From contig OZ059895.1 in NCBI GenBank assembly GCA_964057225.1, positions 2,542,001 through 2,606,000 on the forward strand: a stretch of DNA of 64,000 nt. The letters are read 5' to 3'. This DNA is from Auanema rhodensis. Its lineage: Eukaryota > Animalia > Nematoda. The notes below the pieces were generated by a model. The model did no database searches, was not told where the DNA came from, and worked only from the letters and a program-made list of their open reading frames with translations. Of the stretch, positions 25,021 to 39,000 are shown one piece after another. The position numbers were made by a program, and so were the translations under genes. Each line of letters opens with the position of its first letter. Within the stretch, counting starts at the first letter, position 1.

Positions 25021-28000
25021 TGCTCAATGTAGTATAGTGCATCCGATGCGGATTTTTAAGCTGGGTCGATCTGTGTTATCAGATTTGCGCTAGCTTAAAA
25101 ATGCACCGAGATATCAACTGATATAAGTTCACACTTATATCCTCGATTTTCACCCTGAAGAATCAATTTTTTCGTTGAATAACATTGTCCATCGTCTTCG
25201 CCTTGAAAAAAGGAATCTAAAAACATTTACTTTTTGCTAAATTATTTTGAAATTTTTCGAAAAAATTTTTGTCAAAATGTTTTTGGAAGCAATGTTGAGT
25301 GTACATGGAAACTCAACATACACTTATGCATCATTTTTCGAACAATCATAACTAATTTTTGTATTAAGCGTTTCTCAATGTAGTATAGTGCATCCGATGC
25401 GGATTTTTAAGCTGCGTCGATCTGTGTTATCAGATTTGCGCTAGCTTAAAAATGCACCGAGATATCAACTGATATAAGTTCACACTTATATCCTCGATTT
25501 TCACCCTGAAGAATTATTTTTTTCGTTGAATAACATTGTCCATCGTCTTCGCCTTGAAAAAAGGAGTCTAAAAACATCTACTTTTTGCTAAATTATTTTG
25601 AAATTTTTCGAAAAAATTTTTGTCAAAATGTTTTTGGAAGCAATGTTGAGTGTACATGGAAACTCAACATACACTTATGCATCATTTTTCAAACAATCAT
25701 AACTAATTTTTGTATTAAGCGTTTTTCAATGTAGTATAGTGCATTCGATGCGGATTTTTAAGCTGGGTCGATCTGTGTTATCAGATTTGCGCTAGCTTAA
25801 AAATGCACCGAGATATCAACTGATATAAGTTCACACTTATATCCTCGATTTTCACCCTGAAGAATTAATTTTTTCGTTGAATAACATTGTCCATCGTTTT
25901 CGCCTTGAAAAAAGAAATCTAAAAACATCTACTTTTTGCTAAATTATTTTGAAATTTTTCGAAAAAATTTTTGTCAAAATGTTTTTGGAAGCAATGTTGA
26001 GTGTACATGGAAACTCAACATACACTTATGCATCATTTTTCAAACAATCATAACTTATTTTTGTATTAAGCATTTCTCAATGTAGTATAGTGCATTCGAT
26101 GCGGATTTTTAAGCTGGGTCGATCTGTGTTATCAGATTTGCGCTAGCTTAAAAATGCACCGAGATATCAACTGATATAAGTTCACACTTATATCCTCGAT
26201 TTTCACCCTGAAGAATCAATTTTTTCGTTGAATAACATTGTCCATCGTCTTTGCCTTGAAAAAAGGAATCTAAAAACATCTACTTTTTGCTAAATTATTC
26301 TGAAATTTTTCGAAAAAATTTTTGTCAAAATGTTTTTGGAAGCAATGTTGAGTGTACATGGAAACTCAACATACACTTATGCATCATTTTTCGAACAATC
26401 ATAACTAATTTTTGTATTAAGCGTTTCTCAATGTAGTATAGTGCATTCGATGCGGATGTTTAAGCTGCGTCGATTTGTGTTATCAGATTTGCGCTAGCTT
26501 AAAAATGCACCGAGATATCAACTGATATAAGTTCACACTTATATCCTCGATTTTCACCCTGAAGAATTAATTTTTTCGTTGAATAACATTGTCCATCGTC
26601 TTCGCCTTGAAAAAAGGAATCTAAAAACATCTACTTTTTGCTAAATTATTCTGAAATTTTTCGAAAAAATTTTTGTCAAAATGTTTTTGGAAGCAATGTT
26701 GAGTGTACATGGAAACTCAACATACACTTATGCATCATTTTTCGAACAATCATAACTAATTTTTGTATTAAGCGTTTCTCAATGTAGTATAGTGCATTCG
26801 ATGCGGATGTTTAAGCTGCGTCGATTTGTGTTATCAGATTTGCGCTAGCTTAAAAATGCACCGAGATATCAACTGATATAAGTTCACACTTATATCCTCG
26901 ATTTTCACCCTGAAGAATCAATTTTTTCGTTGAATAACATTGTCCATCGTCTTCGCCTTGAAAAAAGGAATCTAAAAACATCTACTTTTTGCTAAATTAT
27001 TTTGAAATTTTTCGAAAAAATTTTTGTCAAATGTTTTTGGAAGCAATGTTGAGTGTACATGGAAACTCAACATACACTTATGCATCATTTTTCGAACAAT
27101 CATAACTAATTTTTGTATTAAGCGTTGCTCAATGTAGTATAGTGCATTCGATGCGGATTTTTAAGCTGGGTCGATCTGTGTTATCAGATTTGCGCTAGCT
27201 TAAAAATGCACCGAGATATCAACTGATATAAGTTCACACTTATATCCTCGATTTTCACCCTGAAGAATCAAATTTTTCGTTGAATAACATTGTCCATCGT
27301 CTTCGCCCTGAAAAAAGGAATCTAAAAACATTTACTTTTTGCTAAATTATTTTGAAATTTTTCGAAAACATTTTTGTCAAAATGTTTTTGGAAGCAATGT
27401 TGAGTGTACATGGAAACTCAACATACACTTATGCATCATTTTTCGAACAATCATAACTAATTTTTGTATTAAGCGTTTCTCAATGTAGTATAGTGCATTC
27501 GATGCGGATGTTTAAGCTGCGTCGATTTGTGTTATCAGATTTGCGCTAGCTTGAAAATGCACCGAGATATCAACTGATATAAGTTCACACTTATATCCTC
27601 GATTTTCACCCTGAAGAATTAATTTTTTCGTTGAATAACATTGTCCATCGTCTTCGCCTTGAAAAAAAGAATCTAAAAACAACTACTTTTTGCTAAATTA
27701 TTTTGAAATTTTTCGAAAAAATTTTTGTCAAAATGTTTTTGGAAGCAATGTTGAGTGTACATGGAAACTCAACATACACTTATGCATCATTTTTCAAACA
27801 ATCATAACTTATTTTTGTATTAAGCATTTCTCAATGTAGTATAGTGCATTCGATGCGGATTTTTAAGCTGGGTCGATCTGTGTTATCAGATTTGCGCTAG
27901 CTTAAAAATGCACCGAGATATCAACTGATATAAGTTCACACTTATATCCTCGATTTTCACCCTGAAGAATCAATTTTTTCGTTGAATAACATTGTCCATC

Positions 28001-28956
28001 GTCTTCGCCTTGAAAAAAGGAATCTAAAAACATCTACTTTTTGCTAAATTATTCTGAAATTTTTCGAAAAAATTTTTGTCAAAATGTTTTTGGAAGCAAT
28101 GTTGAGTGTACATGGAAACTCAACATACACTTATGCATCATTTTTCGAACAATCATAACTAATTTTTGTATTAAGCGTTTCTCAATGTAGTATAGTGCAT
28201 TCGATGCGGATGTTTAAGCTGCGTCGATTTGTGTTATCAGATTTGCGCTAGCTTAAAAATGCACCGAGATATCAACTGATATAAGTTCACACTTATATCC
28301 TCGATTTTCACCCTGAAGAATCAATTTTTTCGTTGAATAACATTGTCCATCGTCTTCGCCTTGAAAAAAGGAATCTAAAAACATCTACTTTTTGCTAAAT
28401 TATTTTGAAATTTTTCGAAAAAATTTTTGTCAAATGTTTTTGGAAGCAATGTTGAGTGTACATGGAAACTCAACATACACTTATGCATCATTTTTCGAAC
28501 AATCATAACTAATTTTTGTATTAAGCGTTGCTCAATGTAGTATAGTGCATTCGATGCGGATTTTTAAGCTGGGTCGATCTGTGTTATCAGATTTGCGCTA
28601 GCTTAAAAATGCACCGAGATATCAACTGATATAAGTTCACACTTATATCCTCGATTTTCACCCTGAAGAATCAAATTTTTCGTTGAATAACATTGTCCAT
28701 CGTCTTCGCCTTGAAAAAAGGAATCTAAAAACATTTACTTTTTGCTAAATTATTTTGAAATTTTTCGAAAACATTTTTGTCAAAATGTTTTTGGAAGCAA
28801 TGTTGAGTGTACATGGAAACTCAACATACACTTATGCATCATTTTTCGAACAATCATAACTAATTTTTGTATTAAGCGTTTCTCAATGTAGTATAGTGCA
28901 TTCGATGCGGATGTTTAAGCTGCGTCGATTTGTGTTATCAGATTTGCGCTAGCTTG

Positions 28957-31900
28957 AAAATGCACCGAGATATCAACTGATATAAGTTCACACTTATATC
29001 CTCGATTTTCACCCTGAAGAATCAATTTTTTCGTTGAATAACATTGTCCATCGTCTTCGCCTTGAAAAAAGGAATCTAAAAATATCTACTTTTTGCTAAA
29101 TTATTTTGAAATTTTTCGAAAAAATTTTTGTCAAAATGTTTTTGGAAGCAATGTTGAGTGTACATGGAAACTCAACATACACATATGCATCATTTTTCAA
29201 ACAATCATAACTAATTTTTGTATTAAGCGTTTCTCAATGTAGTATAGTGCATTCGATGCGGATTTTTAAGCTGGGTCGATCTGTGTTATCAGATTTGCGC
29301 TAGCTTAAAAATGCACCGAGATATCAACTGATATAAGTTCACACTTATATCCTCGATTTTCACCCTGAAGAATTAATTTTTTCGTTGAATAACATTGTCC
29401 ATCGTTTTCGCCTTGAAAAAAGGAATCTAAAAACATCTACTTTTTGCTAAATTATTTTGAAATTTTTCGAAAAAATTTTTGTCAAAATGTTTTTGGAAGC
29501 AATGTTGAGTGTACATGGAAACTCAACATACACTTATGCATCATTTTTCAAACAATCATAACTAATTTTTGTATTAAGCATTTCTCAATGTAGTATAGTG
29601 CATTCGATGCGGATTTTTAAGCTGCGTCGATCTGTGTTATCAGATTTGCGCTAGCTTAAAAATGCACCGAGATATCAACTGATATAAGTTCACACTTATA
29701 TATTCGATTTTCACCATGAAGAATTAATTTTTTCGTTGAATAACATTGTCCATCGTCTTTGCCTTGAAAAATGGAATCTAAAAACATCTACTTTTTGCTA
29801 AATTATTTTGAAATTTTTCGAAAAAATTTTTGTCAAAATGTTTTTGGAAGCAATGTTGAGTGTACATGGAAACTCAACATACACTTATGCATCATTTTTC
29901 AAACAATCATAACTAATTTTTGTATTAAGCATTTCTCAATGTAGTATAGTGCATTCGATGCGGATTTTTAAGCTGCGTCGATCTGTGTTATCAGATTTGC
30001 GCTAGCTTAAAAATGCACCGAGATATCAACTGATATAAGTTCACACTTATATATTCGATTTTCACCATGAAGAATTAATTTTTTCGTTGAATAACATTGT
30101 CCATCGTCTTTGCCTTGAAAAATGGAATCTAAAAACATCTACTTTTTGCTAAATTATTTTGAAATTTTTCGAAAAAATTTTTGTCAAAATGTTTTTGGAA
30201 GCAATGTTGAGTGTACATGGAAACTCAACATACACTTATGCATCATTTTTCGAACAATCATAACTAATTTTTGTATTAAGCGTTTCTTAATGTAGTATAG
30301 TGCATTCGATGCGGATTTTTAAGCTGGGTCGATCTGTGTTATCAGATTTGCGCTAGCTTAAAAATGCACCGAGATATCAACTGATATAAGTTCACACTTA
30401 TATCCTCGATTTTCACCCTGAAGAATTAATTTTTTCGTTGAATAACATTGTCCATCGTCTTCGCCTTGAAAAAAAGAATCTAAAAACATCTACTTTTTGC
30501 TAAATTATTTTGAAATTTTTCGAAAAAATTTTTGTCAAAATGTTTTTGGAAGCAATGTTGAGTGTACATGGAAACTCAACATACACTAATGCATCATTTT
30601 TCAAACGATCATAACTAATTTTTGTATTAAGCGTTTCTCAATGTAGTATAGTGCATTCGATGCGGATTTTTAAGCTGCGTCGATTTGTCTTATCAGATTT
30701 GCGCTAGCTTAAAAATGCACCGAGATATCAACTGATATAAGTTCACACTTATATCCTCGATTTTCACCCTGAAGAATTAATTTTTTCGTTGAATAACATT
30801 GTCCATCGTTTTCGCCTTGAAAAAAGGAATCTAAAAACATCTACTTTTTGCTAAATTATTTTGAAATTTTTCGAAAAAATTTTTGTCAAAATGTTTTTGG
30901 AAGCAATGTTGAGTGTACATGGAAACTCAACATACACTAATGCATCATTTTTCAAACGATCATAACTAATTTTTGTATTAAGCGTTTCTCAATGTAGTAT
31001 AGTGCATCCGATGCGGATTTTTAAGCTGCGTCGATCTGTGTTATCAGATTTGCGCTAGCTTAAAAATGCACCGAGATATCAACTGATATAAGTTCACACT
31101 TATATCCTCGATTTTCACCCTGAAGAATCAATTTTTTCGTTGAATAACATTGTCCATCGTCTTTGCCTTGAAAAAAAGAATCTAAAAACAACTACTTTTT
31201 GCTAAATTATTTTGAAATTTTTCGAAAAAATTTTTGTCAAAATGTTTTTGGAAGCAATGTTGAGTGTACATGGAAACTCAACATACACTTATGCATCATT
31301 TTTCAAACAATCATAACTTATTTTTGTATTAAGCATTTCTCAATGTAGTATAGTGCATTCGATGCGGATTTTTAAGCTGGGTCGATCTGTGTTATCAGAT
31401 TTGCGCTAGCTTAAAAATGCACCGAGATATCAACTGATATAAGTTCACACTTATATCCTCGATTTTCACCCTGAAGAATCAATTTTTTCGTTGAATAACA
31501 TTGTCCATCGTCTTCGCCTTGAAAAAAGGAATCTAAAAACATCTACTTTTTGCTAAATTATTCTGAAATTTTTCGAAAAAATTTTTGTCAAAATGTTTTT
31601 GGAAGCAATGTTGAGTGTACATGGAAACTCAACATACACTTATGCATCATTTTTCGAACAATCATAACTAATTTTTGTATTAAGCGTTTCTCAATGTAGT
31701 ATAGTGCATTCGATGCGGATGTTTAAGCTGCGTCGATTTGTGTTATCAGATTTGCGCTAGCTTAAAAATGCACCGAGATATCAACTGATATAAGTTCACA
31801 CTTATATCCTCGATTTTCACCCTGAAGAATTAATTTTTTCGTTGAATAACATTGTCCATCGTCTTCGCCTTGAAAAAAAGAATCTAAAAACATCTACTTT

Positions 31901-34900
31901 TTGCTAAATTATTTTGAAATTTTTCGAAAAAATTTTTGTCAAAATGTTTTTGGAAGCAATGTTGAGTGTACATGGAAACTCAACATACACTAATGCATCA
32001 TTTTTCAAACGATCATAACTAATTTTTGTATTAAGCGTTTCTCAATGTAGTATAGTGCATTCGATGCGGATTTTTAAGCTGCGTCGATTTGTCTTATCAG
32101 ATTTGCGCTAGCTTAAAAATGCACCGAGATATCAACTGATATAAGTTCACACTTATATCCTCGATTTTCACCCTGAAGAATCAATTTTTTCGTTGAATAA
32201 CATTGTCCATCGTCTTCGCCTTGAAAAAAGGAATCTAAAAATATCTACTTTTTGCTAAATTATTTTGAAATTTTTCGAAAAAATTTTTGTCAAAATGTTT
32301 TTGGAAGCAATGTTGAGTGTACATGGAAACTCAACATACACATATGCATCATTTTTCAAACAATCATAACTAATTTTTGTATTAAGCGTTTCTCAATGTA
32401 GTATAGTGCATTCGATGCGGATTTTTAAGCTGGGTCGATCTGTGTTATCAGATTTGCGCTAGCTTAAAAATGCACCGAGATATCAACTGATATAAGTTCA
32501 CACTTATATCCTCGATTTTCACCCTGAAGAATTAATTTTTTCGTTGAATAACATTGTCCATCGTTTTCGCCTTGAAAAAAGGAATCTAAAAACATCTACT
32601 TTTTGCTAAATTATTTTGAAATTTTTCGAAAAAATTTTTGTCAAAATGTTTTTGGAAGCAATGTTGAGTGTACATGGAAACTCAACATACACTTATGCAT
32701 CATTTTTCAAACAATCATAACTAATTTTTGTATTAAGCATTTCTCAATGTAGTATAGTGCATTCGATGCGGATTTTTAAGCTGCGTCGATCTGTGTTATC
32801 AGATTTGCGCTAGCTTAAAAATGCACCGAGATATCAACTGATATAAGTTCACACTTATATATTCGATTTTCACCATGAAGAATTAATTTTTTCGTTGAAT
32901 AACATTGTCCATCGTCTTTGCCTTGAAAAATGGAATCTAAAAACATCTACTTTTTGCTAAATTATTTTGAAATTTTTCGAAAAAATTTTTGTCAAAATGT
33001 TTTTGGAAGCAATGTTGAGTGTACATGGAAACTCAACATACACTTATGCATCATTTTTCAAACAATCATAACTAATTTTTGTATTAAGCATTTCTCAATG
33101 TAGTATAGTGCATTCGATGCGGATTTTTAAGCTGCGTCGATCTGTGTTATCAGATTTGCGCTAGCTTAAAAATGCACCGAGATATCAACTGATATAAGTT
33201 CACACTTATATATTCGATTTTCACCATGAAGAATTAATTTTTTCGTTGAATAACATTGTCCATCGTCTTTGCCTTGAAAAATGGAATCTAAAAACATCTA
33301 CTTTTTGCTAAATTATTTTGAAATTTTTCGAAAAAATTTTTGTCAAAATGTTTTTGGAAGCAATGTTGAGTGTACATGGAAACTCAACATACACTTATGC
33401 ATCATTTTTCGAACAATCATAACTAATTTTTGTATTAAGCGTTTCTTAATGTAGTATAGTGCATTCGATGCGGATTTTTAAGCTGGGTCGATCTGTGTTA
33501 TCAGATTTGCGCTAGCTTAAAAATGCACCGAGATATCAACTGATATAAGTTCACACTTATATCCTCGATTTTCACCCTGAAGAATTAATTTTTTCGTTGA
33601 ATAACATTGTCCATCGTCTTCGCCTTGAAAAAAAGAATCTAAAAACATCTACTTTTTGCTAAATTATTTTGAAATTTTTCGAAAAAATTTTTGTCAAAAT
33701 GTTTTTGGAAGCAATGTTGAGTGTACATGGAAACTCAACATACACTAATGCATCATTTTTCAAACGATCATAACTAATTTTTGTATTAAGCGTTTCTCAA
33801 TGTAGTATAGTGCATTCGATGCGGATTTTTAAGCTGCGTCGATTTGTCTTATCAGATTTGCGCTAGCTTAAAAATGCACCGAGATATCAACTGATATAAG
33901 TTCACACTTATATCCTCGATTTTCACCCTGAAGAATTAATTTTTTCGTTGAATAACATTGTCCATCGTTTTCGCCTTGAAAAAAGGAATCTAAAAACATC
34001 TACTTTTTGCTAAATTATTTTGAAATTTTTCGAAAAAATTTTTGTCAAAATGTTTTTGGAAGCAATGTTGAGTGTACATGGAAACTCAACATACACTAAT
34101 GCATCATTTTTCAAACGATCATAACTAATTTTTGTATTAAGCGTTTCTCAATGTAGTATAGTGCATCCGATGCGGATTTTTAAGCTGCGTCGATCTGTGT
34201 TATCAGATTTGCGCTAGCTTAAAAATGCACCGAGATATCAACTGATATAAGTTCACACTTATATCCTCGATTTTCACCCTGAAGAATCAATTTTTTCGTT
34301 GAATAACATTGTCCATCGTCTTTGCCTTGAAAAAAAGAATCTAAAAACAACTACTTTTTGCTAAATTATTTTGAAATTTTTCGAAAAAATTTTTGTCAAA
34401 ATGTTTTTGGAAGCAATGTTGAGTGTACATGGAAACTCAACATACACTTATGCATCATTTTTCAAACAATCATAACTTATTTTTGTATTAAGCATTTCTC
34501 AATGTAGTATAGTGCATTCGATGCGGATTTTTAAGCTGGGTCGATCTGTGTTATCAGATTTGCGCTAGCTTAAAAATGCACCGAGATATCAACTGATATA
34601 AGTTCACACTTATATCCTCGATTTTCACCCTGAAGAATCAATTTTTTCGTTGAATAACATTGTCCATCGTCTTCGCCTTGAAAAAAGGAATCTAAAAACA
34701 TCTACTTTTTGCTAAATTATTCTGAAATTTTTCGAAAAAATTTTTGTCAAAATGTTTTTGGAAGCAATGTTGAGTGTACATGGAAACTCAACATACACTT
34801 ATGCATCATTTTTCGAACAATCATAACTAATTTTTGTATTAAGCGTTTCTCAATGTAGTATAGTGCATTCGATGCGGATGTTTAAGCTGCGTCGATTTGT

Positions 34901-35340
34901 GTTATCAGATTTGCGCTAGCTTAAAAATGCACCGAGATATCAACTGATATAAGTTCACACTTATATCCTCGATTTTCACCCTGAAGAATTAATTTTTTCG
35001 TTGAATAACATTGTCCATCGTCTTCGCCTTGAAAAAAAGAATCTAAAAACATCTACTTTTTGCTAAATTATTTTGAAATTTTTCGAAAAAATTTTTGTCA
35101 AAATGTTTTTGGAAGCAATGTTGAGTGTACATGGAAACTCAACATACACTAATGCATCATTTTTCAAACGATCATAACTAATTTTTGTATTAAGCGTTTC
35201 TCAATGTAGTATAGTGCATTCGATGCGGATTTTTAAGCTGCGTCGATTTGTCTTATCAGATTTGCGCTAGCTTAAAAATGCACCGAGATATCAACTGATA
35301 TAAGTTCACACTTATATCCTCGATTTTCACCCTGAAGAAT
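28957..35340. repeat. Tandem duplication of a 9-monomer (3159-bp) block, 2 copies
   Basis: Rare SNPs recur at +3159: 29083/32242, 29183/32342, 29702/32861, 30053/33212, 30288/33447. Confidence 0.93.
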
Positions 35341-36020
35341 TAATTTTTTCGTTGAATAACATTGTCCATCGTTTTCGCCTTGAAAAAAGGAATCTAAAAA
35401 CATCTACTTTTTGCTAAATTATTTTGAAATTTTTCGAAAAAATTTTTGTCAAAATGTTTTTGGAAGCAATGTTGAGTGTACATGGAAACTCAACATACAC
35501 TAATGCATCATTTTTCAAACGATCATAACTAATTTTTGTATTAAGCGTTTCTCAATGTAGTATAGTGCATCCGATGCGGATTTTTAAGCTGCGTCGATCT
35601 ATGTTATCAGATTTGCGCTAGCTTAAAAATGCACCGAGATATCAACTGATATAAGTTCACACTTATATCCTCGATTTTCACCCTGAAGAATCAATTTTTT
35701 CGTTGAATAACATTGTCCATCGTCTTCGCCTTGAAAAAAGGAATCTAAAAACATTTACTTTTTGCTAAATTATTCTGAAATTTTTCGAAAAAATTTTTGT
35801 CAAAATGTTTTTGGAAGCAATGTTGAGTGTACATGGAAACTCAACATACACTTATGCATCATTTTTCAAACAATCATAACTAATTTTTGTATTAAGCATT
35901 TCTCAATGTAGTATAGTGCATTCGATGCGGATTTTTGAGCTGCGTCGATCTGTGTTATCAGATTTGCGCTAGCTTAAAAATGCACCGAGATATCAACTGA
36001 TATAAGTTCACACTTATATT

Positions 36021-39000
36021 CTCGATTTTCACCCTGAAGAATTAATTTTTTCGTTGAATAACATTGTCCATCGTCTTCGCCTTGAAAAAAGGAATCTAAA
36101 AACATCTACTTTTTGCTAAATTATTTTGAAATTTTTCGAAAAAATTTTTGTCAAAATGTTTTTGGAAGCAATGTTGAGTGTACATGGAAACTCAACATAC
36201 ACTTATGCATCATTTTTCAAACAATCATAACTAATTTTTGTATTAAGCATTTCTCAATGTAGTATAGTGCATTCGATGCGGATTTTTAAGCTGCGTCGAT
36301 CTGTGTTATCAGATTTGCGCTAGCTTAAAAATGCACCGAGATATCAACTGATATAAGTTCACACTTATATCCTCGATTTTCACCATGAAGAATTAATTTT
36401 TTCGTTGAATAACATTGTCCATCGTCTTTGCCTTGAAAAATGGAATTTAAAAACATCTACTTTTTGCTAAATTATTTTGAAATTTTTCGAAAAAATTTTT
36501 GTCAAAATGTTTTTGGAAGCAATGTTGAGTGTACATGGAAACTCAACATACACTTATGCATCATTTTTCGAACAATCATAACTAATTTTTGTATTAAGCG
36601 TTTCTCAATGTAGTATAGTGCATCCGATGCGGATTTTTAAACTGCGTCGATCTGTGTTATCAGATTTGCGCTAGCTTAAAAATGCACCGAGATATCAACT
36701 GATATAAGTTCACACTTATATCCTCGATTTTCACCCTGAAGAATTGATTTTTTCGTTGAATAACACTGTCCATTGTCTTCGCCTTGAAAAAAGGAATCTG
36801 AAAACATCTACTTTTTGCTAAATTATTTTGAAATTTTTCGAAAAAATTTTTGTCAAAATGTTTTTGGAAGCAATGTTGAGTGTACATGGAAACTCAACAT
36901 ACACTAATGCATCATTTTTCAAACGATCATAACTAATTTTTGTATTAAGCGTTTCTCAATGTAGTATAGTGCATTCGATGCGGATGTTTAAGCTGCGTCG
37001 ATTTGTGTTATCAGATTTGCGCTAGCTTAAAAATGCACCGAGATATCAACTGATATAAGTTCACACTTATATCCTCGATTTTCACCCTGAAGAATCAATT
37101 TTTTCGTTGAATAACATTGTCCATCGTCTTCGCCTTGAAAAAAGGAATCTAAAAACATCTACTTTTTGCTAAATTATTTTGAAATTTTTCGAAAAAATTT
37201 TTGTCAAAATGTTTTTGGAAGCAATGTTGAGTGTACATGGAAACTCAACATACACTTATGCATCATTTTTCAAACAATCATAACTAATTTTTGTATCAAG
37301 CGTTTCTCAATGTATTAAAGTGCATTCGATGCGGATTTTTAAGCTGGGTCGATCTGTGTTATCAGATTTGCGCTAGCTTAAAAATGCACCGAGATATCAA
37401 CTGATATAAGTTCACACTTATATCCTCGATTTTCACCCTGAAGAATTAATTTTTTCGTTGAATAACATTGTCCATCGTCTTCGCCTTGAAAAAAGGAATC
37501 TAAAAACATCTACTTTTTGCTAAATTATTTTGAAATTTTTCGAAAAAATTTTTGTCAAAATGTTTTTGGAAGCAATGTTGAGTGTACATGGAAACTCAAC
37601 ATACACTTATGCATCATTTTTCAAACAATCATAACTAATTTTTGTATTAAGCATTTCTCAATGTAGTATAGTGCATTCGATGCGGATTTTTAAGCTGCGT
37701 CGATCTGTGTTATCAGATTTGCGCTAGCTTAAAAATGCACCGAGATATCAACTGATATAAGTTCACACTTATATCCTCGATTTTCACCATGAAGAATTAA
37801 TTTTTTCGTTGAATAACATTGTCCATCGTCTTTGCCTTGAAAAATGGAATTTAAAAACATCTACTTTTTGCTAAATTATTTTGAAATTTTTCGAAAAAAT
37901 TTTTGTCAAAATGTTTTTGGAAGCAATGTTGAGTGTACATGGAAACTCAACATACACTTATGCATCATTTTTCGAACAATCATAACTAATTTTTGTATTA
38001 AGCGTTTCTCAATGTAGTATAGTGCATCCGATGCGGATTTTTAAACTGCGTCGATCTGTGTTATCAGATTTGCGCTAGCTTAAAAATGCACCGAGATATC
38101 AACTGATATAAGTTCACACTTATATCCTCGATTTTCACCCTGAAGAATTGATTTTTTCGTTGAATAACACTGTCCATTGTCTTCGCCTTGAAAAAAGGAA
38201 TCTGAAAACATCTACTTTTTGCTAAATTATTTTGAAATTTTTCGAAAAAATTTTTGTCAAAATGTTTTTGGAAGCAATGTTGAGTGTACATGGAAACTCA
38301 ACATACACTAATGCATCATTTTTCAAACGATCATAACTAATTTTTGTATTAAGCGTTTCTCAATGTAGTATAGTGCATTCGATGCGGATGTTTAAGCTGC
38401 GTCGATTTGTGTTATCAGATTTGCGCTAGCTTAAAAATGCACCGAGATATCAACTGATATAAGTTCACACTTATATCCTCGATTTTCACCCTGAAGAATC
38501 AATTTTTTCGTTGAATAACATTGTCCATCGTCTTCGCCTTGAAAAAAGGAATCTAAAAACATCTACTTTTTGCTAAATTATTTTGAAATTTTTCGAAAAA
38601 ATTTTTGTCAAAATGTTTTTGGAAGCAATGTTGAGTGTACATGGAAACTCAACATACACTTATGCATCATTTTTCAAACAATCATAACTAATTTTTGTAT
38701 CAAGCGTTTCTCAATGTATTAAAGTGCATTCGATGCGGATTTTTAAGCTGGGTCGATCTGTGTTATCAGATTTGCGCTAGCTTAAAAATGCACCGAGATA
38801 TCAACTGATATAAGTTCACACTTATATCCTCGATTTTCACCCTGAAGAATTAATTTTTTCGTTGAATAACATTGTCCATCGTCTTCGCCTTGAAAAAAGG
38901 AATCTAAAAACATCTACTTTTTGCTAAATTATTTTGAAATTTTTCGAAAAAATTTTTGTCAAAATGTTTTTGGAAGCAATGTTGAGTGTACATGGAAACT

